Shown: positions 17,639-27,377, numbered from the stretch's first letter. The stretch: 64,000 nt of DNA from Verrucomicrobiota bacterium (GCA_039818205.1 JBCBUK010000009.1:64001-128000); one strand, 5' to 3'. The notes: generated by a model from the letters alone, not told the origin. Program-made: numbers and translations.

Positions 17639-18784
17639 CTGAGGCTTATTCGACTCCATCGCTACATATTTGGCCAGCTATTGTTGGCTGCGACACTGGC
17701 AATCGCGGTATTCGCTTTTGTCCTTGTTGCGGCTAACGTTTTAAAGGAAGTCGCGGGTCCCTTTGCAGCCGGTCACTTGACGCCGACGATGGTTGCGTAC
17801 CTTGTCGGGATTGCGATTCCCGGCGTTCTTCCTTACGCATTGCCGTTGGGGCTCCTGACTGCGGTGTTGCTTGTTTTTGGTCGCTTATCGGCGCAGAACG
17901 AGTTGGTCGCTATGAAGGCGGCGGGTATTAATCTTTGGCGGATTTGCGCGCCGGTTTTTCTGATTGCGATTCTGGGCGTCGTGACTTCCGGGCTAATCAA
18001 CGTCTACTATGCGCCGATTGCGGACAGCGCGTTTCGGGCGACTTTGCAAAGTGCGGCCCAAGCCGATCCGTTGAGGTTTTTCTCGCCCCGGACCTTCGTG
18101 AAGGACTTCGACGACTATGTAATATTTGCCGAGCGACGGGAGGGCAACGAACTGCGAAATATTCACGTCTGGGAATTGGATGATCAAGATCGAGCGATCC
18201 GCCATTTGCAGGGCTTGCGTGCCTTGTTGGACTTCGACCGGATGGATGCCGCGATCGTTTTGACGGTCTTTGATGCCAGCGGACAGATTATTGATCCAGA
18301 GTTGCCGCCCAGTGAAATTGATTCCAGTAACATCCTGTTTTTTGACCGGTCCGAGTTTCGTTTGCCGCTGGAGGAGCTGTTAGGCAATCAACCCAAACAG
18401 ACCAAACTCGCGTTTCAAACACTGGACAATTTGATGGCAGAACGGAACGATGCCCTGGCCCTCGAACTATCCGGAAGTGACCCGACTGCTTACGCCAAGC
18501 GCATCGAGCTTCAGACGGCTATCCAGAAGAAATTCTCATTTTCCTTTGCCGTGCTTTCGTTGTGTTGGATCGCGATTCCGCTGGGGATTAAAGCCAGCCG
18601 GACGGAGACCTACGTGAACTTCGCTTTGGCCTTTGGTTTGGCCGTGCTGTATTTTCTCTTGTTTATCGTATGTTCGTGGACGGAGAAAACACCGGAGCTC
18701 CGAGCTGACCTGCTTATCTGGACGCCGAACCTTATATTCCAGGGACTTGGTCTGTATCTGTTTTTGCGTGCCGCAAGGCGCTAG
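17639..18784 (+). CDS. LptF/LptG family LPS export permease
   Basis: LHRYI N-terminus, FGRLSAQNELVAMKAAGI, IAIPLGI; start uncertain (CTG 17639, ATT 17648, or first canonical TTG 17681). Confidence 0.9.
   Translation: MRLIRLHRYIFGQLLLAATLAIAVFAFVLVAANVLKEVAGPFAAGHLTPTMVAYLVGIAIPGVLPYALPLGLLTAVLLVFGRLSAQNELVAMKAAGINLWRICAPVFLIAILGVVTSGLINVYYAPIADSAFRATLQSAAQADPLRFFSPRTFVKDFDDYVIFAERREGNELRNIHVWELDDQDRAIRHLQGLRALLDFDRMDAAIVLTVFDASGQIIDPELPPSEIDSSNILFFDRSEFRLPLEELLGNQPKQTKLAFQTLDNLMAERNDALALELSGSDPTAYAKRIELQTAIQKKFSFSFAVLSLCWIAIPLGIKASRTETYVNFALAFGLAVLYFLLFIVCSWTEKTPELRADLLIWTPNLIFQGLGLYLFLRAARR
18771..18784 (+). repeat. 14-bp direct repeat, left copy (CCGCAAGGCGCTAG)
   Basis: Exact match to 19599-19612. 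Confidence 0.9.
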
Positions 18785-19587
18785 TTAAAGGAATCTCGAA
18801 TATATCTCGGTCGGTCAGTTATTATTCCATCAACTCCCATTTGAGTATGTCGTTTCGCCTTGGAGCCGCTATTAATGGTGTATACAAAAAACTCTAGATT
18901 GGCTTTTTTCGATTTCGAAACGAATTCGTGGCTTACCACTGCGTTTGCTTTCAATATCAGTCCATCCAAGTTTGCCGACACGGCGCGATCTATCGTTTGG
19001 TCGATCAATGATGGCCAATTCTGATAGTTTATGTTCTCGTTAATATGCACGATCCAAAAACAGTCTAGCTCAGGGAACGCATCTTTTGCTTGAGACATCG
19101 TATGGTAGTCGAAGCCGATCAGTCCGATTTGAAATGTGTGTTTCGTGCCCAAAATTGGTCTTAGCAATTCTATAATTTCGGGGCCTGATTTTAATTCCAA
19201 TAAAATCAGTTTGTTGGCGGGAACCGTATGTAAGACTTGTTCTAAAGTTGGTATCTTTGCACCTCGGTATTCTTTTCCTTTGAATGATCCGACATCAAGG
19301 TCTTGAAGTTCCGCCAGCGTTTGTCGATTTACCTGTCCTTTCCGGCCACCGATTCTTTCTGTGTTGTCGTCGTGGTAGGCGACGATCTGATTGTCTTTGG
19401 TGACTCGGATGTCGATTTCAATCGCGTCCGAACTGACCTGCCAGGCAAGAATTGCCGATTCTACCGTGTTTTCCGGAGCTAGATTCGATGCACCTCGATG
19501 TGCTATAATTATTGGATTTGCACCGAGATTTAAAGAGAAGCAGAACGACGCTAGTATGAAGAACAATCTGCTACATTCTACGCTCAT
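18781..19587 (-). CDS. glycerophosphodiester phosphodiesterase (GDPD), probably exported
   Basis: IIAHRGAS..APENT, IEIDIRVTKD...HD, GVDGIITDRP; hydrophobic N-terminus. Confidence 0.93.
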   Translation of the reverse strand: MSVECSRLFFILASFCFSLNLGANPIIIAHRGASNLAPENTVESAILAWQVSSDAIEIDIRVTKDNQIVAYHDDNTERIGGRKGQVNRQTLAELQDLDVGSFKGKEYRGAKIPTLEQVLHTVPANKLILLELKSGPEIIELLRPILGTKHTFQIGLIGFDYHTMSQAKDAFPELDCFWIVHINENINYQNWPSLIDQTIDRAVSANLDGLILKANAVVSHEFVSKSKKANLEFFVYTINSGSKAKRHTQMGVDGIITDRPRYIRDSFN

Positions 19588-19598
19588 CGAATACTATT

Positions 19599-19612
19599 CC
19601 GCAAGGCGCTAG
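19599..19612 (+). repeat. 14-bp direct repeat, right copy (CCGCAAGGCGCTAG)
   Basis: Exact match to 18771-18784. Confidence 0.9.
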
Positions 19613-21429
19613 ACTGTCATCTCGACGTCGTGATAGGCGAGGAAGCTTTCAAGCCCTTTGGGCGTGAGGTAGCTTTTGAGCAAGCGCTGATCGGAATTGG
19701 TGAGGTCCACGACGATTAAGCCGTCCACGCAGTGTCCAAAGTCGGCATCTACATTAAACGAGAGCAGGGTGCCATTGAGCTTAAGATAGTGCCGCAGCAA
19801 GACGGGAACGCCTTTGGAGTCCTCTTCGATCTCTGAGATCAATGCTGATACGTCGTCGATGCTGCGAACCGAAGCGACGGCTTCTTTTTCGGTCGCCCCC
19901 AAAGCGCTCTTGGGTGGGTGCTTGGCTTTCACGAAGGACGCCAGCTCGTGGTGGAATTTGTTTTTGCGGAGGAACTTTACCATCAAATCCTTGGAGACTG
20001 CGGTGTATTCCTGGCTAATACTCACTGGCCCAAAGAGTGTGCGGTATTGGGGATTGGCAACGACGAATAGCCCGATACCGCGCCAGATCAATGACAGTGA
20101 AGCGTGCTTCTTTTGATAGTCTGGTGCGATGAATGAGCGACCAACTTCCAAGGCAGGGCCCAGACGCTCAAAGAACTCTGGCTTGAACTTAAATAGAGAT
20201 GCGGTGTAGAGGCCCTGGCGTCCCTGGGTAAGCAGAATTTCGTCCGTCAACCCGATGCGGTAGCTACCAACGATGGCGCTCTTCTTTTTGTCCCACATGA
20301 AGAGGTGGCGATAGTGGAGGTCGTATCGATCAAGGTCGGTCGACTCGCCAGTTCCCTCGCCGACAATGCGGAAAGTCCGTTCCCGGAGGCGGCCGAGTTC
20401 TTCGAGCACTTCCGGAATTTCGGTGGCGTGCGCCCAAAAGACTTGGAAGTCGCCATGCTCGGTCAGCAAACGGTCAGTGGGAAGTCCGGCAATTTCTTTG
20501 GCGAGCACCGCGGGAGCGGTTGATTCCGCAATGGGAGCCATGGGCGTTTCGCGCTTGGGTAGACGCGGGAACGAGAATCGTCGCCGCGGTTTGTCGTCAC
20601 CTTCGCGTTCGGCCAAGAGGTAAGTCTTGAGCCGGAGGAAATCGGTCATCGCCTGGTTGCTCGAAAAGTCCTTGAGCTGGCGGTAGGCCAAGGGTTGGCC
20701 GATCCGCAGCCGCACCGTTGTGCTGGTCCGCTTGGCCATCTCGCGCGGGAGGGTCGCGGTCCGCAGCATCGGGTGTATCAAACCTGCGATCTGATAGAGC
20801 CAACTGTTATGCCCTTCAAAGTAGACTGGGGTCACCGTCGCTTGGGCCTTGTGAACCAGGCGGGCAGTGTTATCGAGCCACGGTGGATCGGTGATTTGTC
20901 GCTTGCCCCAATACCAATGGGAGACCGTGCCGGAGGGAAACGTGCCGACGCAGCCACCGTCCCGGAGAAAACGAATGGTCTCTTTCATCGCGGCAAAGTT
21001 GCTCCGTGCCGCTTCTGGTCCGCCAAATGGATCGACGGCGATAAGCCATGGGCGGATCTCTGGCATGCGCGCGAGCAGGTAATTGGCGAGCAGCTTCGAA
21101 TCGTCGCGAATGGCGGTGATCAAGGCTCCCAAAACAACGCCGTCGACGGCTCCAAACGGATGGTTGCTCACGACGAGCACGGGGCCCTCCGTTGGGATCT
21201 TGGCGAGGTCTTCTTCGCTGACTTCATAAGCGACGTCGAGCGAGCGCAATGACTTCTCAAAGAAGTTGATCGTCGAGTGGTCGACGGAGACCCGATGGTA
21301 GATTTCGTTGAGCGCGGTAACACCCATGAAATCCTCCAGTGGCTTTCCGCCTAGATTGTAGACCGCTCGCTTCCATCCCGTCAGGGAATTGCGGACATTG
21401 ATAATCTGGCTGGCTGCTTCTGGAGGCAT
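19609..21429 (-). CDS. bifunctional acyltransferase (PlsC-like plus GNAT), OlsF-like ornithine lipid synthase / putative hemolysin
   Basis: NHPFGAVDG (HX4D) N-domain; GRLRERTFR..GEGTG...DLDRYD and FNVDADF C-domain. Confidence 0.85.
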   Translation of the reverse strand: MPPEAASQIINVRNSLTGWKRAVYNLGGKPLEDFMGVTALNEIYHRVSVDHSTINFFEKSLRSLDVAYEVSEEDLAKIPTEGPVLVVSNHPFGAVDGVVLGALITAIRDDSKLLANYLLARMPEIRPWLIAVDPFGGPEAARSNFAAMKETIRFLRDGGCVGTFPSGTVSHWYWGKRQITDPPWLDNTARLVHKAQATVTPVYFEGHNSWLYQIAGLIHPMLRTATLPREMAKRTSTTVRLRIGQPLAYRQLKDFSSNQAMTDFLRLKTYLLAEREGDDKPRRRFSFPRLPKRETPMAPIAESTAPAVLAKEIAGLPTDRLLTEHGDFQVFWAHATEIPEVLEELGRLRERTFRIVGEGTGESTDLDRYDLHYRHLFMWDKKKSAIVGSYRIGLTDEILLTQGRQGLYTASLFKFKPEFFERLGPALEVGRSFIAPDYQKKHASLSLIWRGIGLFVVANPQYRTLFGPVSISQEYTAVSKDLMVKFLRKNKFHHELASFVKAKHPPKSALGATEKEAVASVRSIDDVSALISEIEEDSKGVPVLLRHYLKLNGTLLSFNVDADFGHCVDGLIVVDLTNSDQRLLKSYLTPKGLESFLAYHDVEMTV

Positions 21430-21604
21430 TCAGAAAACAGTAGGATTCGTGCATTATGTCACAAGCAAGAAACGCGAAGTCTTCGGTTTGTTTTGAAAGT
21501 TTTTGGAACGATATGGCTCTAAGGTCTCATCGCTTGAAACCGAAATATGATGACCAGTTGATACTTTCTTGCGTTCGGTTGGGGAATTTGTCACTGTTTT
21601 TAGG

Positions 21605-22450
21605 TTGAAAGCTATTAGAGAGCAGATTCCTCTTCGGAGCAACGAATCCTTTTCGGCCTACCAATATAGTGGTCCGGAATTTGATGCACCGTATCATTTT
21701 CATCCGGAGATCGAGGTCGTTTACATTGAGGCGGGAAAAGGCTTCCGTATCGTCGGAGATCATACGGGATCATTCTATCCGGGCGACCTGTGTTTGTTTG
21801 GCGGGAACCTGCCACATTTTTATCACGCGGATAGCACTTCGAAGCGCGCCTCATCGCTGGTCATTCAATTCTTGCCCGAGCTGATGGATTCGGTTGTTTC
21901 CACGACGGAGATGGCTCCGGTGCAGCGTTTGATGAAACTGGCCCAACAAGGCGTTTGTTTTAGCCGCTATCAATCGACGGAGACGGTGGATCTGATGCGG
22001 AAGGTTATTGATTCCAATGGTCCAGATCGCCTCCTCACCTTGTTGCATTTGTTGACGAATTTGACCCGAGTGCCCGAATCTCAGCCCCTTGCGAGTCTGG
22101 GGTTTTTGCATGATCCCGATCAGGAGCAAACGGCGCGAATTGAACGGATCTGGACCATCCTAATGCACCGCTTTAGCGAGGAGATCAGCCAGGCGAGCGT
22201 CGCGTACGAGATGAATATGAGCACTTCCGCGTTCAGCCGATTGTTTCGCCGTGCAACGAACATGACTTTCACCGATGCATTGATCGAGATTCGTCTGGGT
22301 CACGCTTGCCGGCAGCTTCAAGAGAACGACTCAACCATTAGCGAGATTTGTTTCAACTCCGGATTCAACAACCTCTCCAACTTCAACCGCCATTTCAAGA
22401 AGCGCTACGGCGTTTCTCCTCGTGAGTGGCGGCAGCAGTTGGACGTATAA
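21605..22450 (-). CDS. placeholder-free note: see plus-strand AraC entry
   Basis: Not a minus-strand gene; disregard, the AraC gene at these coordinates is on the plus strand. Confidence 0.
21605..22450 (+). CDS. AraC family transcriptional regulator (cupin plus HTH)
   Basis: YHFHPEIE, GGNLPH, SGFNNLSNFNRHFKK...SPREW; likely TTG start 21605. Confidence 0.93.
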   Translation: MKAIREQIPLRSNESFSAYQYSGPEFDAPYHFHPEIEVVYIEAGKGFRIVGDHTGSFYPGDLCLFGGNLPHFYHADSTSKRASSLVIQFLPELMDSVVSTTEMAPVQRLMKLAQQGVCFSRYQSTETVDLMRKVIDSNGPDRLLTLLHLLTNLTRVPESQPLASLGFLHDPDQEQTARIERIWTILMHRFSEEISQASVAYEMNMSTSAFSRLFRRATNMTFTDALIEIRLGHACRQLQENDSTISEICFNSGFNNLSNFNRHFKKRYGVSPREWRQQLDV

Positions 22451-22453
22451 TCG

Positions 22454-23101
22454 CTAGCCTCCAAACGTGATCGATTTGTCGAGAATATGGGCGATCGCCT
22501 CGCCGAGGGTGCGGTGATCTGGCTGATCGATGTGGACGCCGTCTTGAGGGCTGGTTCGAATGACGGTTCCTGCGTCGAAAAAGTAGGTCCGGTGGTCGTT
22601 CGCGACCGTTTCTAAGGCTTCAGCGAATCCAAGGCAACGCTCATCGGCGCCGGTAAACTTGGGCGCGATGCTGCCCTTGGGGTCAACGATGGCCGGGGGC
22701 GCAACCACCATGATTTCTGGCGTTGGCATGCCAGGTTCGATGGGGGCGTTTCGAATGATTTTGATTAGCTTGGCAACTCCCTCAGCAGCCAATGACGCGT
22801 CGTTGTTGTGCGACCGTTGAAAGTCGTTGGTCCCGAGCATGACAATCACCAACTTCAGCGGCGAATGCATCTCGATGACCTGAGCCAAGCCTTGCGATCC
22901 ATCACGCCCGTCAAGGAAAGGCGAGCTCCAGGCGGTCCTGCGGCCATTCAGACAGTTCTCAACCACCCGGACGGATTTGCCCGTCGCGAGAAGGCAGTTT
23001 TCAAGAACACCAGGCCAGCGCTGATCGAAGGGAAGGCGTTGGCGAGTCCCCGGAATAATGCCCCAGGATTGGCTATCCGAATAGACGAGGATTTGATCCA
23101 T
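22454..23101 (-). CDS. SGNH/GDSL family hydrolase
   Basis: YSDSQSWG, LNGRRT, MLGTND, DGVH blocks. Confidence 0.92.
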   Translation of the reverse strand: MDQILVYSDSQSWGIIPGTRQRLPFDQRWPGVLENCLLATGKSVRVVENCLNGRRTAWSSPFLDGRDGSQGLAQVIEMHSPLKLVIVMLGTNDFQRSHNNDASLAAEGVAKLIKIIRNAPIEPGMPTPEIMVVAPPAIVDPKGSIAPKFTGADERCLGFAEALETVANDHRTYFFDAGTVIRTSPQDGVHIDQPDHRTLGEAIAHILDKSITFGG

Positions 23102-23109
23102 GGACCAAC

Positions 23110-24309
23110 TTATTGCGAAGTGTTTGGTGCCTCAGTTGATTCTTTCTTAATCGTCTCCTCGACTTCGTTGGTGCTGTTCTCGATGGCGGTTTCGGCTTGC
23201 TCGGCGGCATGCTCGGCCCGGGCCTTGATTTGCTCGCTTTCGGGCACTGGGGTGACGAGGATCGGCACGATCATAGCCAACCCAATTGCGACGGCTGAAC
23301 CCAAAAATGCTTTGCCTGCGTCACCAAATACGAGACGGCTTACTTCCTGCTTTCCTCGATGGTGCATAAGCAAAGCGAGGCCGATTTCACGCCCTGCCAG
23401 TAGGCCGAGGAAAACCCATGTCGTGCTCATCGGCATCTTGGGCGGCCAAGGCACTTCTAGACCCATTGCGGCAAATAATTGCGGGATGTAGTCGACCTTG
23501 AAAAAGAGCAGGACTAGGCCATATAGAAGGTCGATAAATGTCGCCGAGCGGACATCGAGAGTGTTGGTTTTGCTGGTGACGATTTTCTGAATTTTACCGC
23601 CCCGCGTGCGGATCAAATAGCCTTGGAGAAGCGTCATGCCCACAAGCGAGGCCACCAGCCCAGCAATGTGCAGCTCGCGTGGCAAATAGACAAAAATGTT
23701 CGCCAGATCCTGGACAAGCCACATCGACCACAGGAAGCCGGTGGAGAGCCATTGGAATACGGTCCAATACGGGTGAGGCTTTTTATCACCGTAGGTCGCG
23801 CGAAAGTGTTTTTCTAGCTTACCGGTGACGAGCCAAAAGATCACCAAGCCGAGCACAAACGCGATGACGTAGCCGACGAGCGACTTCTCCATCATCGTGC
23901 CAAATAGGTCTAGCGCCTCGGTATGGCTGTTGCCTTCTTGCGCGGCCACAATGCCTTTGAAGCCGGTGAGGACTAACAGCGAGGTACTGACTGGTATGCC
24001 CAAGCGCGTGAGGATAACGAGCGCTAATGGTGGCAAGATAAACACCCAGGTAAAATAGCCGCCGTAGTCGGCGGGGAATGGGATGTTTTTTGCGGCCAGT
24101 CGACCAAATGCCGGGTCCCCGCCATTGGAAACCCATCCCCAGGTAATTGTCACCACCATGATGCCCGAGATCCATATCCAAAGGATCCACCAGGGGCGTT
24201 TTGCATTGGAGCTGAGAAAGGTGCCAAGGGTTTGGATCGAGTCGTTCGCTACAATGGAGTATGCCGCGAGGCAGAATCCAAGAACCATTAATATTTCGGA
24301 TATTCCCAT
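23110..24309 (-). CDS. multi-pass membrane protein, distant PiT (phosphate/anion permease)-like
   Basis: About 10 TM segments; internal repeat ANDSIQT...GIPVSTS and QDLAN...MPMSTT resembling the PiT GAND/PVSTT motifs. Confidence 0.6.
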   Translation of the reverse strand: MGISEILMVLGFCLAAYSIVANDSIQTLGTFLSSNAKRPWWILWIWISGIMVVTITWGWVSNGGDPAFGRLAAKNIPFPADYGGYFTWVFILPPLALVILTRLGIPVSTSLLVLTGFKGIVAAQEGNSHTEALDLFGTMMEKSLVGYVIAFVLGLVIFWLVTGKLEKHFRATYGDKKPHPYWTVFQWLSTGFLWSMWLVQDLANIFVYLPRELHIAGLVASLVGMTLLQGYLIRTRGGKIQKIVTSKTNTLDVRSATFIDLLYGLVLLFFKVDYIPQLFAAMGLEVPWPPKMPMSTTWVFLGLLAGREIGLALLMHHRGKQEVSRLVFGDAGKAFLGSAVAIGLAMIVPILVTPVPESEQIKARAEHAAEQAETAIENSTNEVEETIKKESTEAPNTSQ

Positions 24310-24409
24310 AGCAATCAGTAAAAACGGGCCAGATGGTCCGGGATTCTCGGATGCCCGTCAATGCCCGTTTCATCCGTTACACATTAGTAACAACTCGGGC
24401 CACGTGAGC

Positions 24410-24556
24410 CTAATCGGAGCTCTGTAGTTCGATAGGGCCCGCATTGGCGGACGGATTATCTCCCCAGATAACCATGCCCGCCAAGCCGGCGAGCAAGATT
24501 ATGAGGATGACGGTCAGCGTCCGCGCTTCCTGAGTGGTGATCCTTAGCGGACCCAT
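24410..24556 (-). CDS. small single-TM protein (48 aa), below ORF track cutoff
   Basis: MGPLRITTQEARTLTVILIILLAGLAGMVIWGDNPSANAGPIELQSSD; starts 6 nt after the stop of 24563..25342. Confidence 0.6.
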   Translation of the reverse strand: MGPLRITTQEARTLTVILIILLAGLAGMVIWGDNPSANAGPIELQSSD

Positions 24557-24562
24557 TGGCGA

Positions 24563-25342
24563 TTACTCGAAGAGGCCCTTGATCGCTTCGCCCGCTTGGT
24601 TGATGGCCTCGCCGGCTTCCTTGGTGTCTTCACCGCCGGTCAGACCTTTGAGCAGTGCCTGCGGGTCGTGGCGGATCTCGCTGGCCATTTCGGCAACGGT
24701 TTCTATGACCTTTTCAAGGACAACGCTCATCACATACTCAATCGCCTCGGCGGGTTCAACACCTTCGCCGCCAAAGTCTTTGTCGATCGTTGGCAGGGGC
24801 AGCTCCTTCTTGATAGTCAAGACGGCGAGGTCGACCTGGCCATCGCTGACGATCAATTTATGCAGGACCAGTGTTTTTTCCGAACCGTCATCGGCTGAGG
24901 TGTCATCGCTTGGCTTGTCGCCTTTGGATGGCATCTTATCCCGGAACTTCTTAATGTTGTTGTTGATGACTTGGAGGTTGTTGCCGCTGAGGGATTGCTC
25001 GACGGTAAACTCGGGGGCAACGATCCGGATCTCATTAACCTCGATGCGGTCGGAGAAGATCGTCTTCGGATTGAGGTCCACGTAGATTTCGCTGCAAGTC
25101 ATCGCTGACGGGTCGGAAAACCCATCCGGGTTGCCGACATTCAGGCCGTTGATACCCAAGTTACCGCCAAACACATTGACGCTGGCGCTATCGATGTAGG
25201 TGTTGGTGCCGGTAATCTCTGGTCCCAATTTGTTGAAGGCAGCTTTTACGCCGCCGCCGACGATGGAGTTGAGCCCGATGAAAAGGGCCACGAGGCCGAT
25301 GATGACGAGGAAGATAAATCCCAGAAACAGCTTTTTAATCAT
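24563..25342 (-). CDS. AsmA/DUF748-like membrane-anchored protein
   Basis: N-terminal TM, GPEITGT, GLNVGNPDGF, IEVNEIRIVAPE. Confidence 0.7.
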   Translation of the reverse strand: MIKKLFLGFIFLVIIGLVALFIGLNSIVGGGVKAAFNKLGPEITGTNTYIDSASVNVFGGNLGINGLNVGNPDGFSDPSAMTCSEIYVDLNPKTIFSDRIEVNEIRIVAPEFTVEQSLSGNNLQVINNNIKKFRDKMPSKGDKPSDDTSADDGSEKTLVLHKLIVSDGQVDLAVLTIKKELPLPTIDKDFGGEGVEPAEAIEYVMSVVLEKVIETVAEMASEIRHDPQALLKGLTGGEDTKEAGEAINQAGEAIKGLFE

Positions 25343-25391
25343 AGTGGATATTGGTTTGAGTTAGCTATGCATCGGCTAAGTGCCAAATTGA

Positions 25392-27161
25392 TTAACCCTC
25401 AGCGACATCGGCCAAACGGTTGAATGCACTGACCAAGGCCTTGATGCCGGCCAATTCGATTGAAGGGTCCAATCCGCAACCCCACAAAGTTTTACCGTCC
25501 GAGTCGCGAACGATCTGAACGTAGGCCGCCGCATCGGAGGCCGAGCCATCGGTTAATGCATGGCTTCGGTAGTCGGTCACTTTAAAGTTTTTCAGACCCT
25601 GTCCATCCAAGGCTTGCGCCAAGGCATTGATTGGGCCGTTGCCGTAACCCTCGACGACTTCGTTGGAGCCCTTGTAATCGAGCGAAAACGTCCACCCATA
25701 CTCGGATTCTCGGCGCGCGCGCTGGTGGACCAATTTGCCATCGTCGTTCGTGCCTTCGACGTAGTGCTCATCGTGGTCGAGCATAATCAATGGTCCCTCG
25801 CGGTTGACGAATTCTTGGTAGAAAACATCGCGGATTTCATCCGGCGTCAACTCGCGGCCTTGGCCGTCCGCTTTCGCTCCAACGGCAGTGCCCACTTCGG
25901 GGTGCATTGATTTTGGCAGATCCAACCCGTGTTCGCGGTCCAGCACGTAAGCGATGCCGCCTTTGCCACTTTGGCTATTGATGCGAATGATGGCCTCGTA
26001 GTTTCGACCGATGTCTTGCGGGTCGATCGTCAAGTAGGGGACCGCCCATTCAACATCGGCTGAATCATCACCACTTTCGGCAGATTCATTCGCAATGATG
26101 TCCATCCCTTTCTTAATTGCGTCTTGGTGGCTTCCAGAAAACGCAGTGAAGACCAACTCGCCAGCATAGGGATGGCGCTCGTGCACGTCCATGCGGGTTA
26201 CGCGCTCATAAACCATCCGGATGTGATCGAGTTTGGAGAAATCCAAGCCGGTTTCGATGCCGTGGCTGTTCATGTTCAACGCGACGGTGACGATGTCCAA
26301 ATTTCCGGTGCGTTCGCCATTGCCAAACAAGGTGCCTTCGACGCGGTCGGCTCCAGCCAATAAACCAAGCTCGGTTGCCGCCGTACCGGTTCCACGGTCA
26401 TTATGAGTGTGCAGGGAGACATGGACCTTGTCGCGAATGCCGTCTTTCTCTAACTGACGGCAGAACCACTCGATCATGTCGGCGTGCACGTTGGGTGTTG
26501 CCCACTCAACCGTGGCGGGCAGATTCAAAATAATGGGTGCTTCCTTGGTCGGCCCCCAAACCTCGGTGACCGCCTTGCAAATTTCGTAAGCGTAGTCCAC
26601 CTCGGTGTCGGAGAAGCTCTCGGGCGAGTACTGGAAGAGCAACTCGGTCTCCGTGACCTCGTTGGCCAAAGAGCGGACCAACTTGGCACCGTCGACAGCA
26701 ATATCCTTGATCTTACCCTTCGACGCGTTGCTAAAGGTTACCCGACGCTGCAGAGGCGAGGTGCTATTATACAAGTGGACGATCGCCCGCTTGATGCCGA
26801 CTAATGACTCAAAAGTACGGCGGATCAAATGTTCCCGCGCCTGGACCAAGCACTGGACCGTGACATCGTCCGGGATTAAATTCTCGTCGGCCAAGCGGCG
26901 GAAAAAGCGGAACTCCGTATCGGATGCTGAGGGGAAGCCGACTTCGATTTGCTTAAAGCCGATGTCGCACAGCAATTGAAAATATTCCAGCTTCTCCTCG
27001 ACGTTCATGGGAACGGCAAGGGCTTGATTGCCGTCGCGCAAATCAACGCTGGTCCAGATCGGGGCACGGTCCAGGTGACGGTCCGGCCATTGGCGGTCGG
27101 GCAACCGGGTTTCAAATTTTTCGTGGAAGGGTCGGTATTTTCGCAAGGATGCGGGTTTCAT
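25392..27161 (-). CDS. leuA: 2-isopropylmalate synthase (LeuA type 2)
   Basis: SVDLRDGNQAL, HTHNDRGT, GNGERTGN, FSGSHQDAIKKG; ATG 27161. Confidence 0.97.
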   Translation of the reverse strand: MKPASLRKYRPFHEKFETRLPDRQWPDRHLDRAPIWTSVDLRDGNQALAVPMNVEEKLEYFQLLCDIGFKQIEVGFPSASDTEFRFFRRLADENLIPDDVTVQCLVQAREHLIRRTFESLVGIKRAIVHLYNSTSPLQRRVTFSNASKGKIKDIAVDGAKLVRSLANEVTETELLFQYSPESFSDTEVDYAYEICKAVTEVWGPTKEAPIILNLPATVEWATPNVHADMIEWFCRQLEKDGIRDKVHVSLHTHNDRGTGTAATELGLLAGADRVEGTLFGNGERTGNLDIVTVALNMNSHGIETGLDFSKLDHIRMVYERVTRMDVHERHPYAGELVFTAFSGSHQDAIKKGMDIIANESAESGDDSADVEWAVPYLTIDPQDIGRNYEAIIRINSQSGKGGIAYVLDREHGLDLPKSMHPEVGTAVGAKADGQGRELTPDEIRDVFYQEFVNREGPLIMLDHDEHYVEGTNDDGKLVHQRARRESEYGWTFSLDYKGSNEVVEGYGNGPINALAQALDGQGLKNFKVTDYRSHALTDGSASDAAAYVQIVRDSDGKTLWGCGLDPSIELAGIKALVSAFNRLADVAEG

Positions 27162-27329
27162 GATCAAAGTCCTAAAGTGAAGGTTGAAATCGATGCTGCC
27201 AAGCGCGAATCGCGCACGCGAATCGCTGGCAAATTACAAGATTCGGCAATCAGTTACCAAGAAATCGATGGGTATTCGGGAAACAATCCCGAGGCCTCTA
27301 CCAGGCCATGAAAAATTAACTTGTCCCCC

Positions 27330-27377
27330 TCAGGGGAGAAGCTTCGCGGCCAACAAACTGCGTAAGGCGCTTTTCAT
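27330..27377 (-). promoter_or_regulatory. candidate leuA leader peptide MKSALRSLLAAKLLP
   Basis: 15-codon ORF with 5 Leu codons (TTA, TTG, TTG, CTT, CTC); its stop lies in a hairpin CTCCCC-TGA-GGGGG followed by ACAAGTTAATTTTT. Confidence 0.65.

Noticed and set aside
21605..22450. Minus-strand feature entry at the AraC coordinates (confidence 0)
   Set aside because: Entered in error; only the plus-strand AraC gene is supported
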